Source: a virus
Taxonomy: Duplodnaviria > Caudoviricetes
Virus record (IMG/VR): IMGVR_UViG_3300021411_000012
Span: 1 to 47,176 of that record
Direction: 5' to 3' (one strand)
Length of the DNA: 47,176 nt
A program made the translations under genes and the position numbers. Positions 34,584 to 43,690 of the stretch are shown here, in pieces. How positions within the stretch are numbered: position 1 is the stretch's first letter; the number at the start of each line of letters is the position of its first letter. The notes beneath the pieces are model-generated. The model was given only the letters and a program-made list of their open reading frames with translations. It did not search any database and was not told the DNA's origin.

Positions 34584-36035
34584 TCATTTCGTTCCATTCG
34601 ACGCTCCGTTCGTGGGTGCAAGGGCAGGGCCAGGGATAGCGAGACCCGCGCCAGCCCGGTTAGCGATCTCCCGCGCTTCGTCGGCAGTCAGTACGGTGCC
34701 GACACCCAGATAAATCTTTTGGACGAGTTCGGCGAGGTCCCGGGCATCCGCAGCAGGCGATACACCACTGCCTGGTTCTTGGAGCTGGACGGAGTACAAG
34801 CCCGAGTGGTTCCGTTCAAGCTGGGAAAGATCGCCAGCTTGAACGGCGTTCACGGCCGCGTCGGGATCGAACCCGCCTTGGACGAGGGCAACGAGCGTCG
34901 CGGCGTTCGACGTGAGAATGTCTGCCTGGTCTTTGACATCTTCTCGAAGGAAGGGGATGTCGCGGTCGTCGTACCAAAGGCGGGCGTCGGGAGGGACGGG
35001 CAGGAGGCTCTGCATCGCCGAAGCGAAGAACCCCCACAGGGGCCGCATTGTCCCGTCGACAAGACGACGGCGGGCTTGGGAGTAGTTCGAGTACGTCGCG
35101 GACGACAAGCCTTCGGACAAACCAACGATGACCGGAGGCACACCCGCACACGCAGCGATGCGAGTCTCCCCGGCACCTTGCGTCGCTTTCATCGACAGGT
35201 TCTCGAAGGTCTGCCCAACGGTCTTCACGTCGGTACCACCCGAAAGGAACAGGGTCTTCCCGGCGTTCTCGGGGCCTTCGTGTTGCTCCCGGTACTTCCG
35301 CACCGCGAAGTCGAACTGCTCTTCGGTCAGGTTCGGGTCGGTCGACACCACATAGCCGAGTTGGCCACCGTTACGGACCGCCGTCTGCTTATGAGTGGTG
35401 AGCGCCACGTCCGCGTCGATGTCGGGTAACGCAGCGGAGAGCCACGACGTGCCCACGAATCGGTTCCGCAGATTCGGGTAAGGCATGTAATGCCCGACCA
35501 TTTCGGGCGGATAGATGACAACCTTGTCTTTGTCGACGCGATACGCATAGCCAGCGAGGCGTTCCCCGACCATGTATCCCGCCACGTCCTCCGTCGCCGC
35601 CTCGGTCATGATCGTCACCTTGTGGGGTGCAAGGCGCAGCAGGTAGTTACCGTCGTTCACCCAGTACGAGTTCCCCGCGCTGAAGACGTCGAGCTCGGCT
35701 TGCACGAGGAGGTCGCGGGTCGAATGGCCCCGCCACGGTTCCTCGAGCGTCGCGAGGGACTGATCGCCAAACAGATCACCGGGTCGGCCGGCCCGCATCC
35801 GCTGATACTGGAACCGTGCCTCCGAAAAGAGAAGCAACCGGTTCGCCTCGCACGCGAACACCACCGAGTTCGTGTCGTAATACCCGGCGGCGGGCACGGT
35901 CGTCGAGTCGACATTGAATGCCTGATAAGCCCGGCCGTTGTAGTTGACGTGCGCGCCAGGCCGGAACATTTTCGCCCAGTCGGTGATCGACAGGCCGGTT
36001 GTCTCGTTGTCGCGCTTGAGGAGACGACCCAGCAT
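34584..36035 (-). CDS. Portal protein (HK97 family)
   Basis: GNSYW, G.S.L, HEGPENAGKTLFL.GG and RIAAC.GVPP..VG..ATYSN. Confidence 0.92.
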   Translation of the reverse strand: MLGRLLKRDNETTGLSITDWAKMFRPGAHVNYNGRAYQAFNVDSTTVPAAGYYDTNSVVFACEANRLLLFSEARFQYQRMRAGRPGDLFGDQSLATLEEPWRGHSTRDLLVQAELDVFSAGNSYWVNDGNYLLRLAPHKVTIMTEAATEDVAGYMVGERLAGYAYRVDKDKVVIYPPEMVGHYMPYPNLRNRFVGTSWLSAALPDIDADVALTTHKQTAVRNGGQLGYVVSTDPNLTEEQFDFAVRKYREQHEGPENAGKTLFLSGGTDVKTVGQTFENLSMKATQGAGETRIAACAGVPPVIVGLSEGLSSATYSNYSQARRRLVDGTMRPLWGFFASAMQSLLPVPPDARLWYDDRDIPFLREDVKDQADILTSNAATLVALVQGGFDPDAAVNAVQAGDLSQLERNHSGLYSVQLQEPGSGVSPAADARDLAELVQKIYLGVGTVLTADEAREIANRAGAGLAIPGPALAPTNGASNGTK

Positions 36036-36181
36036 CAGTCACGCTCCAGAGCCACCCCATAGATCACGGCACCCGCCCCCAACGCTGCGAGACCCAACCC
36101 GAGGGACACGGTCAAGGCGGCGAGACTCAACAAGACGATCCCGCCGGCTTGGAGCACTTCGACAACAACGGACTTGTTCAC
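36035..36181 (-). CDS. Small two-helix membrane protein between terL and portal
   Basis: Manual translation MNKSVVVEVLQAGGIVLLSLAAL...GVALERD; coupled at both ends. Confidence 0.65.
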   Translation of the reverse strand: MNKSVVVEVLQAGGIVLLSLAALTVSLGLGLAALGAGAVIYGVALERD

Positions 36182-37662
36182 GCCCATGCCATCCGCAGTT
36201 CGACTTTCGTCGGAGTAACCGTCGCGACGTCGAACGCCATGACCGCGGCGACGGCAAGGTCGATCTTCCCGGCAGAGCCTTTGGGCTTATCGACCCGCGT
36301 GCCCCGGGCGTCTGTCTTCGTGGTCGTGTTGCCGATGTGGCGGGCCAGGTCGGCATTGCCGGAGTGGGTCAACGTCTTGTTCAGCACCGCCTCGTAAAAA
36401 CGCTGCGTCGCTGGCACCATGCGCGCCGGGGACTGCGGGTATTCGATGATCGGCAAGTTCTCGCTTTCGAGGATCTGGTAGGTGCGCGCCCAGCGGAACG
36501 GGTCGCAGACGATCTCTCGTACCTGCCAGCGGCGGCACGCGCCGCGGATCGCTTCTTCAACATCGAAGACGGGGACGCGCCAGTCGTGCTCAGCGGTCAG
36601 GGGACGTTCCCACAACGCGGCGACGTCAAGGTGCGGGGTCTCACCAATAGTCGCGACGACAAGGGCGGTGGAGTCGTTGCTGAACGAACCGTCGAACCCG
36701 AGCACCACTTCGGTGCCGTCAGGGATCTCGCGCTCATCGGTGCACGCCGCCCACGATCCGAACGGCAACCACGGGTTCAGGGCGTAGACCCAGATGTTCA
36801 GGCGCTTCGTACGGAAGTCCGCCTCGGGCATCCGCTGACAGCGATCGCGCATGTCCTCGACGCGCAAGAAATCCCCGAGTGCAGGATTCGCCCCCGGCCA
36901 GTTCGCCTCGTCCCGATGATCAGCATCGGCGGGGGTTTCATAGACCCGGCATCCGAACGACGGATCGTCAACCTCACCAGCGAGGACTTGCTTGCAATAC
37001 CGGTACTGCTGGTAGCCGAGCGAGTCGTTCCCGTCGCTACCCATCCGTGCGCCGAAGGTGGAGAGCGCCACGATCAGCGGCTGCTCACGAGTGCCTGAAC
37101 CCTGGTTCATGACGTTCCACAGCTCGGCGTTTGGCTGGGCGTGAAGCTCATCGAAGAGCACCCGGGACGGATTGAGCCCCTCCTTGGTGAACGCCTCCGA
37201 TGACAATGCCCGATAGACCGAACCAGTCGACGGGCACTCAATGGCGTCTCGGTAGACCTTGAGCATCGCCAACAATTCCGGGGACTGCTCAACAGCGGCG
37301 CGCACTTCTTGAAACACGATCTTCGCTTGCAGCTTGTCCGCCGCGCACGAGTACACCTCGGCGCCCATCTCGTCGAACAGCCCATCGAGCGCAAGTCCTG
37401 AACCGAGCAACGACTTCGAGTTCTTGCGGGGGATCCACAACTCGTAGGTCGTGTAACGCCGGCGGCCCGTTTCGGGATTCAGCCGAAGGATGTCGCAGTA
37501 GAGATCGCCCTGCCAATGGCGCAGCCGCACGAACTGGCCGGCCAGCGAGCCCTTCGTAATCCGGATCGTGACCTCGACAAACTCGCAGAGGTACAGCCCG
37601 TCGGTTGACTCAGACGTCCAGGGCGTCTCCTCCGGAACCCACAGTTTGGGCCCCCGCGGCAA
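36178..37662 (-). CDS. terL: Terminase large subunit
   Basis: IPRKNSKS Walker A, LFDELH Walker B, GFDGS..DSTAL and KIDLAVA; the TTG start at 37662 is tentative. Confidence 0.93.
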   Translation of the reverse strand: MPRGPKLWVPEETPWTSESTDGLYLCEFVEVTIRITKGSLAGQFVRLRHWQGDLYCDILRLNPETGRRRYTTYELWIPRKNSKSLLGSGLALDGLFDEMGAEVYSCAADKLQAKIVFQEVRAAVEQSPELLAMLKVYRDAIECPSTGSVYRALSSEAFTKEGLNPSRVLFDELHAQPNAELWNVMNQGSGTREQPLIVALSTFGARMGSDGNDSLGYQQYRYCKQVLAGEVDDPSFGCRVYETPADADHRDEANWPGANPALGDFLRVEDMRDRCQRMPEADFRTKRLNIWVYALNPWLPFGSWAACTDEREIPDGTEVVLGFDGSFSNDSTALVVATIGETPHLDVAALWERPLTAEHDWRVPVFDVEEAIRGACRRWQVREIVCDPFRWARTYQILESENLPIIEYPQSPARMVPATQRFYEAVLNKTLTHSGNADLARHIGNTTTKTDARGTRVDKPKGSAGKIDLAVAAVMAFDVATVTPTKVELRMAWA

Positions 37663-38119
37663 AGCTTCCCCGTCGAGCCTGGCGGTCGGCCAAGAGTTCT
37701 TCAAGCTTTGAGACACGCTTGACCTCCGCGACCCCCAAACGAGTCCGAGCCAACGGGTTGAACCCAAGCGCCGACAGCGCATCCGTCAAGGACTTGGAGA
37801 GCGTCGCCACAATCCGCCCGTCGCTCGGTTCGCGGGTCGCCCGATACCGACCTCGAGCCGCCGCCAAATCATCAACCAGCCGGCACGCCTCCACGACCTG
37901 CGCCCAATCCGACTGCGGCGACACCCACGGCAAACCCTGACCCCACGCCCGCCGCCACAAATCCAGTCCATCCTCACCAAGCTGCATCGGAGGATCCGGC
38001 ACGCCATCGGCCTGGGGCAACACATGCACGCCAGCAACCGCTGGGAGCGGACGCTTGCCCGGATTACCAATCAGGCGCTTCTGTTCAACTGGCTTCGGAG
38101 GTCTCCCGCGATTTGCCAT
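37610..38119 (-). CDS. terS: Terminase small subunit (P27-like)
   Basis: GRPPKP...GNPGKRPL...LGFNP.ARTRLG. Confidence 0.88.
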   Translation of the reverse strand: MANRGRPPKPVEQKRLIGNPGKRPLPAVAGVHVLPQADGVPDPPMQLGEDGLDLWRRAWGQGLPWVSPQSDWAQVVEACRLVDDLAAARGRYRATREPSDGRIVATLSKSLTDALSALGFNPLARTRLGVAEVKRVSKLEELLADRQARRGSFAAGAQTVGSGGDALDV

Positions 38120-38124
38120 CGGTT

Positions 38125-38235
38125 CACCCGATTCCTGGATTTCGCGGCTGTGCGCGCAAGGTTGGCGGGGTCTAGCGGGGATGACCTCATGGTCGCGTGA
38201 AGGCCGGGCCCCCCTCCCCTTGGGTGTCTTTCGTT
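38125..38235. other. Probable cos/packaging site region
   Basis: Non-coding gap between HNH and terS with a GGGGAGGGGGG tract and GACCCCGCC...CGAAA on the minus strand; the usual location in HK97-like cos phages. Confidence 0.45.
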
Positions 38236-38243
38236 TCTGCGTC

Positions 38244-38549
38244 TCAGTAACGCAACGTGTCTTCGGTTGCGCCTTTGCGTGAGTTGCATGAGCGGCAGAG
38301 TGGGCCGAGGTGGTGGTCGGTGGTCCACTGGTCGGGGTGGATGTCGTGGGGTGGTGTACGCCAGCCTGGGCAGCGGTCCCCGTGGGTTGCCCGGTATGTG
38401 GCTATCGCTTGGTGTGAGTGTTGCTGCCAGGCGTAGCTGTAGGTGGGGCGGGCTGCCCGTGTGGTGCATTCGGGGCAGCGGATGGTGGTGACCATGTGGG
38501 GGCAGGTGTACCCGGGGTATCCGAGGCAGGGGCGTCGGAGTCGCCCCAC
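38244..38549 (-). CDS. Packaging-associated HNH protein
   Basis: RPCLG..CP...RCP.C...TTDH..LCRSCNSRKG; immediately upstream of terS. Confidence 0.75.
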   Translation of the reverse strand: MGRLRRPCLGYPGYTCPHMVTTIRCPECTTRAARPTYSYAWQQHSHQAIATYRATHGDRCPGWRTPPHDIHPDQWTTDHHLGPLCRSCNSRKGATEDTLRY

Positions 38550-38657
38550 TCAGTGAGTCCCCGTCCGGTACCACAGCCATCGTGCGAGTCGTACCGGGAT
38601 CCGGATACCCCCGAGGTACGCCTTGGGGTTGGGGTGAGCGCAGACCGTGACTCGCAT
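38550..38657 (-). CDS. Small hypothetical protein (35 aa)
   Basis: MRVTVCAHPNPKAYLGGIRIPVRLARWLW. Confidence 0.4.
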   Translation of the reverse strand: MRVTVCAHPNPKAYLGGIRIPVRLARWLWYRTGTH

Positions 38658-38659
38658 GG

Positions 38660-38830
38660 TCACCCCTTGATGCTTGGACATGCCACCCAACGGCCTTGGC
38701 GGGTCTCGGTACCGGGGATGCCGTACACCTTGCATCTACCGCAGACGAAGACGTCGCAGGTAGGGGACTTCGGGCAGTGCTTCACCAGAGGGGTCTGGCA
38801 TCCAGGACACGATGGGGGGAGGTCAGCCAT
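38660..38830 (-). CDS. Small Cys-rich protein (56 aa)
   Basis: Manual translation MADLPPSCPGCQTPLVKHCPKSPTCDVFVCGRC; GGAGG RBS. Confidence 0.6.
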   Translation of the reverse strand: MADLPPSCPGCQTPLVKHCPKSPTCDVFVCGRCKVYGIPGTETRQGRWVACPSIKG

Positions 38831-39032
38831 GGGACCTCCGCTTGCACGGGGTGGCTGGGCCGGCTTGTCGACCGTTTAAGGGCAGTGCGCCTTGTCGGCG
38901 CCTTTGCTCGCCCAGCCAGTCTTGGGGCTGCGGGCATACCACGCAGCACTAACACGACATTGAATCACAGATCGGTAACTCGTGCTGGGATGGTCCGGGA
39001 CAACGGATGCGGGGCGGTGCAGTCTCGTAGGC

Positions 39033-39190
39033 TCACGCCGCCGAACACTGGTCGAGCTTCAGCGCATCGGCGTTCAGCATCCTGCCACCACGGCCTTCGT
39101 GGTAACGCTTCCATTCGTCGGGATGATGATCTCGGATCATCGAGTACGGGATCCGCCGGCCCGGATTGTCGAGATGCCATGTCGTGATCC
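39033..39190 (-). pseudogene. Orphan 3' fragment of a phage gene cut by the IS remnant
   Basis: ..TTWHLDNPGRRIPYSMIRDHHPDEWKRYHEGRGGRML..CSAA* has no credible start. Confidence 0.4.
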
Positions 39191-39566
39191 CCGGTGCCGC
39201 TTCGACTGGAACGTTGAGGACGTGATCCGCGAGCACGTCGAAGTCCAAGAGTCGATCCTGTACACCGACGAAGCCAAGAGCTACAAGGCCATCGGTACCG
39301 AGTTCACCGACCACATCGCGGTCAACCACTCGTGGGGCGAATACGTCCGCAACGGTGCCAGCACCAACAAGGCCGAGAACTACTTCTCGCAACTCAAGCG
39401 GTCGCTCGATGGAACGCACCACTCCGTCAGCCCCGAGCACCTGCCGCGGTACCTGCAAGAGTTCGACTACCGCTACACGACGTGCAAGCTCAGCGACACC
39501 GAGCGCACCATGCGGCTGTTCGGCAAGGTTGCCGGTCGTCGGCTCACCTACCGCGAGACGCGCTAG
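39190..39566 (+). mobile_element. IS1595-family (ISXO2-like) transposase, 5'-truncated
   Basis: LYTDEAKSY, VNHS.GEYVR, STNKAENYFSQLKRSLDGTHH.VS.EHL.RYL.EFDYRY and GRRLTY; N-terminal half absent. Confidence 0.88.
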
Positions 39567-39590
39567 AGAGTTCGGATCGGCCAGCGATAC

Positions 39591-39618
39591 CTATCGCGTG
39601 ACCAGCGACTCGCGATAG
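39591..39618. terminator. Hairpin between the convergent transposase and cargo genes
   Basis: ctatcgcg...cgcgatag. Confidence 0.4.
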
Positions 39619-39801
39619 CTAGTCATCGGCCTCAGGTACCTCGGAGCGGATTGTCCAGTCCGTCGCCTTGAGGTCTCGCGCATCCTTGGAGGACCAAGGA
39701 ATTGTGGTCGCATCAAGGATGCCGTCAATCGTGTCGGCATCCGTCAACGCGTCCGTGTTGATGGTCGGGATGTCCTGCGGATTCGGGTCGGGGTCCGGCA
39801 T
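39619..39801 (-). CDS. Small acidic protein (60 aa)
   Basis: MPDPDPNPQDIPTINTDALTDADTIDG... Confidence 0.5.
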   Translation of the reverse strand: MPDPDPNPQDIPTINTDALTDADTIDGILDATTIPWSSKDARDLKATDWTIRSEVPEADD

Positions 39802-39812
39802 GAGGTCTAAGC

Positions 39813-40280
39813 CTAGAACGTAAGTGAGAACACGGAGAGCAACACGGCGACAGCGAGAGCGAGGAGACTGAGCCACCAGCACCTCGCCTTCTGCCGAGCA
39901 ACCGGCAGGTTGTCCTCGAACGTCCGAACCCGCGCGGCGGCGAGCCACTTGCTCACGTTCTCAGGCGGTTGGGGGTACTTCAGGAACGCAGCAACAAACG
40001 GCCGCGGCAGGGGTGTCTCCCAATGAGGGTATGGGCGAATCGCCACAACACCGAAGATGGTTGCGAGCCCATAAACCACGAACGCGGGGATACGCAGCCA
40101 GTTCTCAGCACCCTCTTGGGTGGCGAGGAGCGGCACGGCGGTTGCCACGAAGCCCAGCAAGATGGCTGCCTTCGTTTCGATCCGTTCGGCCGCCTGCCGC
40201 TGTGCGTCCAGCCTCAAGCGCACCGCTTCGGCAACCAGCTCGAAGCTCGCTGCACGATCACCAGGGGTTGCTTCCGTCAT
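39813..40280 (-). CDS. Three-helix membrane protein resembling Pycsar-type TM effectors
   Basis: Q...ETKA.ILLGF helix, a second helix, and N....K...W before the final helix. Confidence 0.55.
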   Translation of the reverse strand: MTEATPGDRAASFELVAEAVRLRLDAQRQAAERIETKAAILLGFVATAVPLLATQEGAENWLRIPAFVVYGLATIFGVVAIRPYPHWETPLPRPFVAAFLKYPQPPENVSKWLAAARVRTFEDNLPVARQKARCWWLSLLALAVAVLLSVFSLTF

Positions 40281-40318
40281 GCGTATCGGCCCTCCCCGCC
40301 ACGAGGGGGCCGACGCTA

Positions 40319-40965
40319 CTAATCCGCCTCTGGCTCCGTATCAAGCATCGCCTTCACCGCGTCCTCAAACGGCATGTCGATCTTGATGCGCTCATCCAGG
40401 TCGCGGCCAGAAGGCTCGCGCCGCTTCGACCCCGCCTGCTTCCGCTCCGCATCCGCGACGTTAACGACCTCGCGCTCCGTGGCGCGTCGTGTCTCCAATA
40501 GCTCGGGCTTCATCAAGACCTCCCGGACGTGCTTAATCGACAGTACGACACCCACACCCGCGTTGGATGCCAGATGCTTCGCCGAGCCGCCGTGTTCGTA
40601 GTGCTCGATGAACATGCCCCACAGGAGCGTCGCGTGGTACAGGTCGCCGATCTCGTCCCGGCGCTCCCAGTTCTCCATCCACGAGGGCCGTGCGCCCTCG
40701 AATGCGGGCCCCGGGTACGCGAACTGGGCCCACACGGGCGAACCGCTGAAGCCACCATACGAGCGGCAGTCGATGAGGTGGGCCGAGAACTCGCCGCCGT
40801 CCTTTGCTTCGAGCGGCACGCCGAGCGCTCCGACAGTCCCGGAGCGGACCATCGGAATCGCACCTTCCGTCATGCGGTTGTGCGGCTCGAACATGCCGAT
40901 GTAGAAGACCGTTGCGCCAAGTGCTGGGGACGTGGGCAGCCGTGACCAGGTAGCCAGCCGTGAGC
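40319..40965 (-). pseudogene. Trypsin-like serine protease with an internal deletion
   Basis: YLVTAAHV (about 40929-40952) is out of frame with, and directly joined to, PALGATVFYIGMF...GGFSGSPV. Confidence 0.65.
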
Positions 40966-41161
40966 TTCGGGTGCCCGGGCCTCAGGCCACGGGCGCAGCT
41001 CTCAGAACTACAGGGATGCTACCACGCGGAACTACCGATGTGTCATCCATCCCCGGTCGGAGTAGGGCTAGCGGGTGTGTCCTGTGTCCGCATCGATGAA
41101 CCACAACCACTCGGGCTTCGAGGATGATGGGAGGGCTCGTACTTGTGCCCGACGCTGCGCC

Positions 41162-41371
41162 CTATTCGCCATCGGCGTACTCGAAACGATGAGGACCGTC
41201 ATGTCCGTGGGTCAAGGCGCAGTGATAGCTGCCTTCTTCGCCGATCAACTGAACCGAGGTCTCGCAGAAATATACGACGTAGCCCGGAGCAAAGTTTCCA
41301 AGCACCAGACGCTTCTCGCCGGGAGCAGCAGTCGCCTGCTCCACATGCAACTCGGCATCATCAAACTGCAT
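41162..41371 (-). CDS. Small hypothetical protein
   Basis: C-terminal C.L..GHDGPH motif. Confidence 0.5.
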   Translation of the reverse strand: MQFDDAELHVEQATAAPGEKRLVLGNFAPGYVVYFCETSVQLIGEEGSYHCALTHGHDGPHRFEYADGE

Positions 41372-41419
41372 GAGCGCCCTTTCGTTGAACGTCAGGTCCG
41401 GTGGTTGCTGCGATCTCGC

Positions 41420-41953
41420 TCACATCGCCTCCGCTTGGTCTTCCGGGTGGCACAAATGCCGGGGGCGCTCATTGCCCGTCCGTCGACGGTACTCGTAGCA
41501 CGCGGGGCATCTCCCCGCCTTCGGGCGTTCCAACACATCCACCCTGCACGCCGGATTCGCGCACATCGGAAGATACTTGTCAGCCTCACCCGCCTTCAAC
41601 GCGATCGTCCCGCCCTTCAACAAGGCTGCCGCCTGCTTCTCCGAGAGAGGCAGGAAACCTCGGCCTTGACGTTCGACCTCGCACGCCAACCGAACCAACT
41701 CCCGGACGTTGCGCACGAACGCCTCTTCCGGGCCTCGTGGAGACCGTCGCTGAAACGTCGTGGCGAACCTCCCACCCACCGGATCCGAATGGCCCGGAGC
41801 GGCACGAGACCGATCGTAACTGACCCCCGAGACAGCATCATCAGCCCCGAGGTTCCCGTGATAGGAGATCTCGCCGGCATGTTCCCCGAGGAAGTCGCCG
41901 AGTCTTCCAGCGACCTCGCCAGCGGTCAGGAGCTCGCGTTCCCGGATTTTCAC
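41420..41953 (-). CDS. Zn-finger protein at the end of the early operon (possible late regulator)
   Basis: HSDPVG motif and CANPAC...GRCPACYEY.RR.G.ERP. Confidence 0.6.
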   Translation of the reverse strand: MKIRERELLTAGEVAGRLGDFLGEHAGEISYHGNLGADDAVSGVSYDRSRAAPGHSDPVGGRFATTFQRRSPRGPEEAFVRNVRELVRLACEVERQGRGFLPLSEKQAAALLKGGTIALKAGEADKYLPMCANPACRVDVLERPKAGRCPACYEYRRRTGNERPRHLCHPEDQAEAM

Positions 41954-42172
41954 TCAGCCCTCCTCGTCTAACGACCGAACCGCGACCTCGCACACATCGC
42001 CCACAGTCGGCAGAGACGCACGCCGAGACCAGTCCATCTGCACGCGATTCTCGCCTTGGACCATCGTGACCGTGAGAGACCCCAGCAGCACGTCCCGGTC
42101 CCCCCCGAACGACGTCACGTCGACCAGGTCGGCCTCAACTTCGCTCACAACGAACCGTGCGCTGAACCTCAC
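41954..42172 (-). CDS. Hypothetical protein
   Basis: ORF track; AAGGAAG RBS. Confidence 0.5.
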   Translation of the reverse strand: MRFSARFVVSEVEADLVDVTSFGGDRDVLLGSLTVTMVQGENRVQMDWSRRASLPTVGDVCEVAVRSLDEEG

Positions 42173-42204
42173 TCAGGCTTCCTTTCGTTCTCGGTGCTCA
42201 TGGG

Positions 42205-42450
42205 TTACTTGGTTTGGGGGATCGCGCGAATCCCGTAGGTCCACATTTCGAACTGCAAACCGAGTGCCACCAGCTCTGCGGTCTCGCCCCACTTCCCCTT
42301 CGCCCACTCCACGATCTCGTCCTGCTCCGCGAGGCCCAGCGGTTCCTTGAACCCGAAGACCTCATGAACGTTCGGTGGGACACGTAGGCGCAACAGCATG
42401 TGCACCGCCGCGACCAGCTCTGACGGGAAGCCGTCATCTCTCGCGCTCAT
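42205..42450 (-). CDS. Hypothetical protein
   Basis: ATGA-coupled. Confidence 0.55.
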   Translation of the reverse strand: MSARDDGFPSELVAAVHMLLRLRVPPNVHEVFGFKEPLGLAEQDEIVEWAKGKWGETAELVALGLQFEMWTYGIRAIPQTK

Positions 42451-42782
42451 CTGTCCGTCTCCCCTTCTCGATGAAAGGCGGGGGCTAAGACTTCGTACGC
42501 GTGCTTACGGGCCGCGCTAATCCGATCGAGGATGGCAGCATCTGAGACAGCACCGCGCTTGCGCCACGCCACGTACGCCATGAAGCCAGGACCAGCGTCC
42601 AGTACCTCGCGGAGTGCTTCCCGCAACAGGTCGCACTCGGTCCGAAGGCTGTCCAACGTGCGAAGGTGGCCCTGGGTGATCTCACCCCTTCCGCCGCACA
42701 TCCCGCAGAGCGGCGAATCCCACACGGGCCAGCCCTTGTGCCCCTTACAGTTCGGGCACTTGACCATCGCCTCAGTGTCCAT
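42447..42782 (-). CDS. DnaJ-like Zn-finger protein
   Basis: CPNCKG...CGMCGGRG. Confidence 0.55.
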   Translation of the reverse strand: MDTEAMVKCPNCKGHKGWPVWDSPLCGMCGGRGEITQGHLRTLDSLRTECDLLREALREVLDAGPGFMAYVAWRKRGAVSDAAILDRISAARKHAYEVLAPAFHREGETDR

Positions 42783-43197
42783 TGCTTCCCTCCTCGGTAC
42801 TGAGAGCCGCGAGTTTCGCCCTCGCATGTTGGAGACGTTCGCGGTGCTTCTCGATGTCGGGATGGTTGGTAATCGCCATGCCTACGACCATCAGCCAGGC
42901 GTCGTCCATTTCCTCGGCTGACGCGCAAGCCCGCGCTAGTTGTTCTTCGCGGAGAGCAAGCGCGGCCTGAGTCTTCTCAAGGTCGGCTTCCGGCCCAGCA
43001 GCCACCATCACCCGCATCTCGTTCCATGCGTTCCCAAGCCGGACGATGTTTTCCTCACGCAGCCGTTCGTTCTCTGCTTGGGCTTCCTTGAGCGCGGAGA
43101 GAAGATCGAGTACGCACGCGGCCCAGTCGAACTCGTCGGGCCCCTTCGTTTCAACCGCGTTGGCTGCCCGGTCTATGAGCCCCTGGACGTCGCTCAT
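42772..43197 (-). CDS. Ead/Ea22-like coiled-coil protein
   Basis: VLDLLSALKEAQAENERLRE. Confidence 0.5.
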   Translation of the reverse strand: MSDVQGLIDRAANAVETKGPDEFDWAACVLDLLSALKEAQAENERLREENIVRLGNAWNEMRVMVAAGPEADLEKTQAALALREEQLARACASAEEMDDAWLMVVGMAITNHPDIEKHRERLQHARAKLAALSTEEGSNGH

Positions 43198-43484
43198 TCC
43201 GCCTCCGTAGGTTCTGATGGGACCGCGAGCCGCGCGAGGAACATCTGAGCGTCAGCGCGTGCAGCGTCGATGCCTGAGAGGGTGTCGGCATCCTTCTCGT
43301 TCCCATCCTGCGCCCAGCGCGCATACGCCCCCCAGCCCTGGCCTACACGCAACAGCGAGCCCAGCAGCGTCACCGCGTCGTCTCGCTCCCGTTGCAGGCG
43401 CTCCACAGTTGCGACGAGATGAGCCCAACCCTGGCGCTCCAGCGGCTCGTCGAGGTCTACGTCTGGTACGGGAGCACTAGCCAT
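43194..43484 (-). CDS. Hypothetical protein
   Basis: Coupled ORF; VERLQRERD. Confidence 0.5.
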   Translation of the reverse strand: MASAPVPDVDLDEPLERQGWAHLVATVERLQRERDDAVTLLGSLLRVGQGWGAYARWAQDGNEKDADTLSGIDAARADAQMFLARLAVPSEPTEAE

Positions 43485-43690
43485 CACGGGACGCGCGTCC
43501 ATGGTGTGTCCAGCTTCGTGCGCTCACGGAACACCGCCCGATTGACTGCCCCGTTCGCTGCTCGCCGTGTATCAGCTGTGCCCGACGCGAACGGCGTGCT
43601 CATCAACCCTGCGTGACGTACCTCCCAACACCAGTCGTAGAGGTCACGCCGCCACACCCGCTTCTCGAACTCGTACAGGTCGTCGCTCAT
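43484..43690 (-). CDS. Hypothetical protein
   Basis: Coupled ORF. Confidence 0.5.
   Translation of the reverse strand: MSDDLYEFEKRVWRRDLYDWCWEVRHAGLMSTPFASGTADTRRAANGAVNRAVFRERTKLDTPWTRVP

Noticed and set aside
38870-38925. c-di-GMP-I riboswitch in the late leader
   Set aside because: GCAAA followed by a stem is only a superficial match; the GNRA/receptor and second-stem consensus are not evident.
41028-41048. IS1595 terminal inverted repeat (ggaactaccgatgtgtca)
   Set aside because: It faces the wrong way for an element containing the transposase on its left, and no partner repeat was found.
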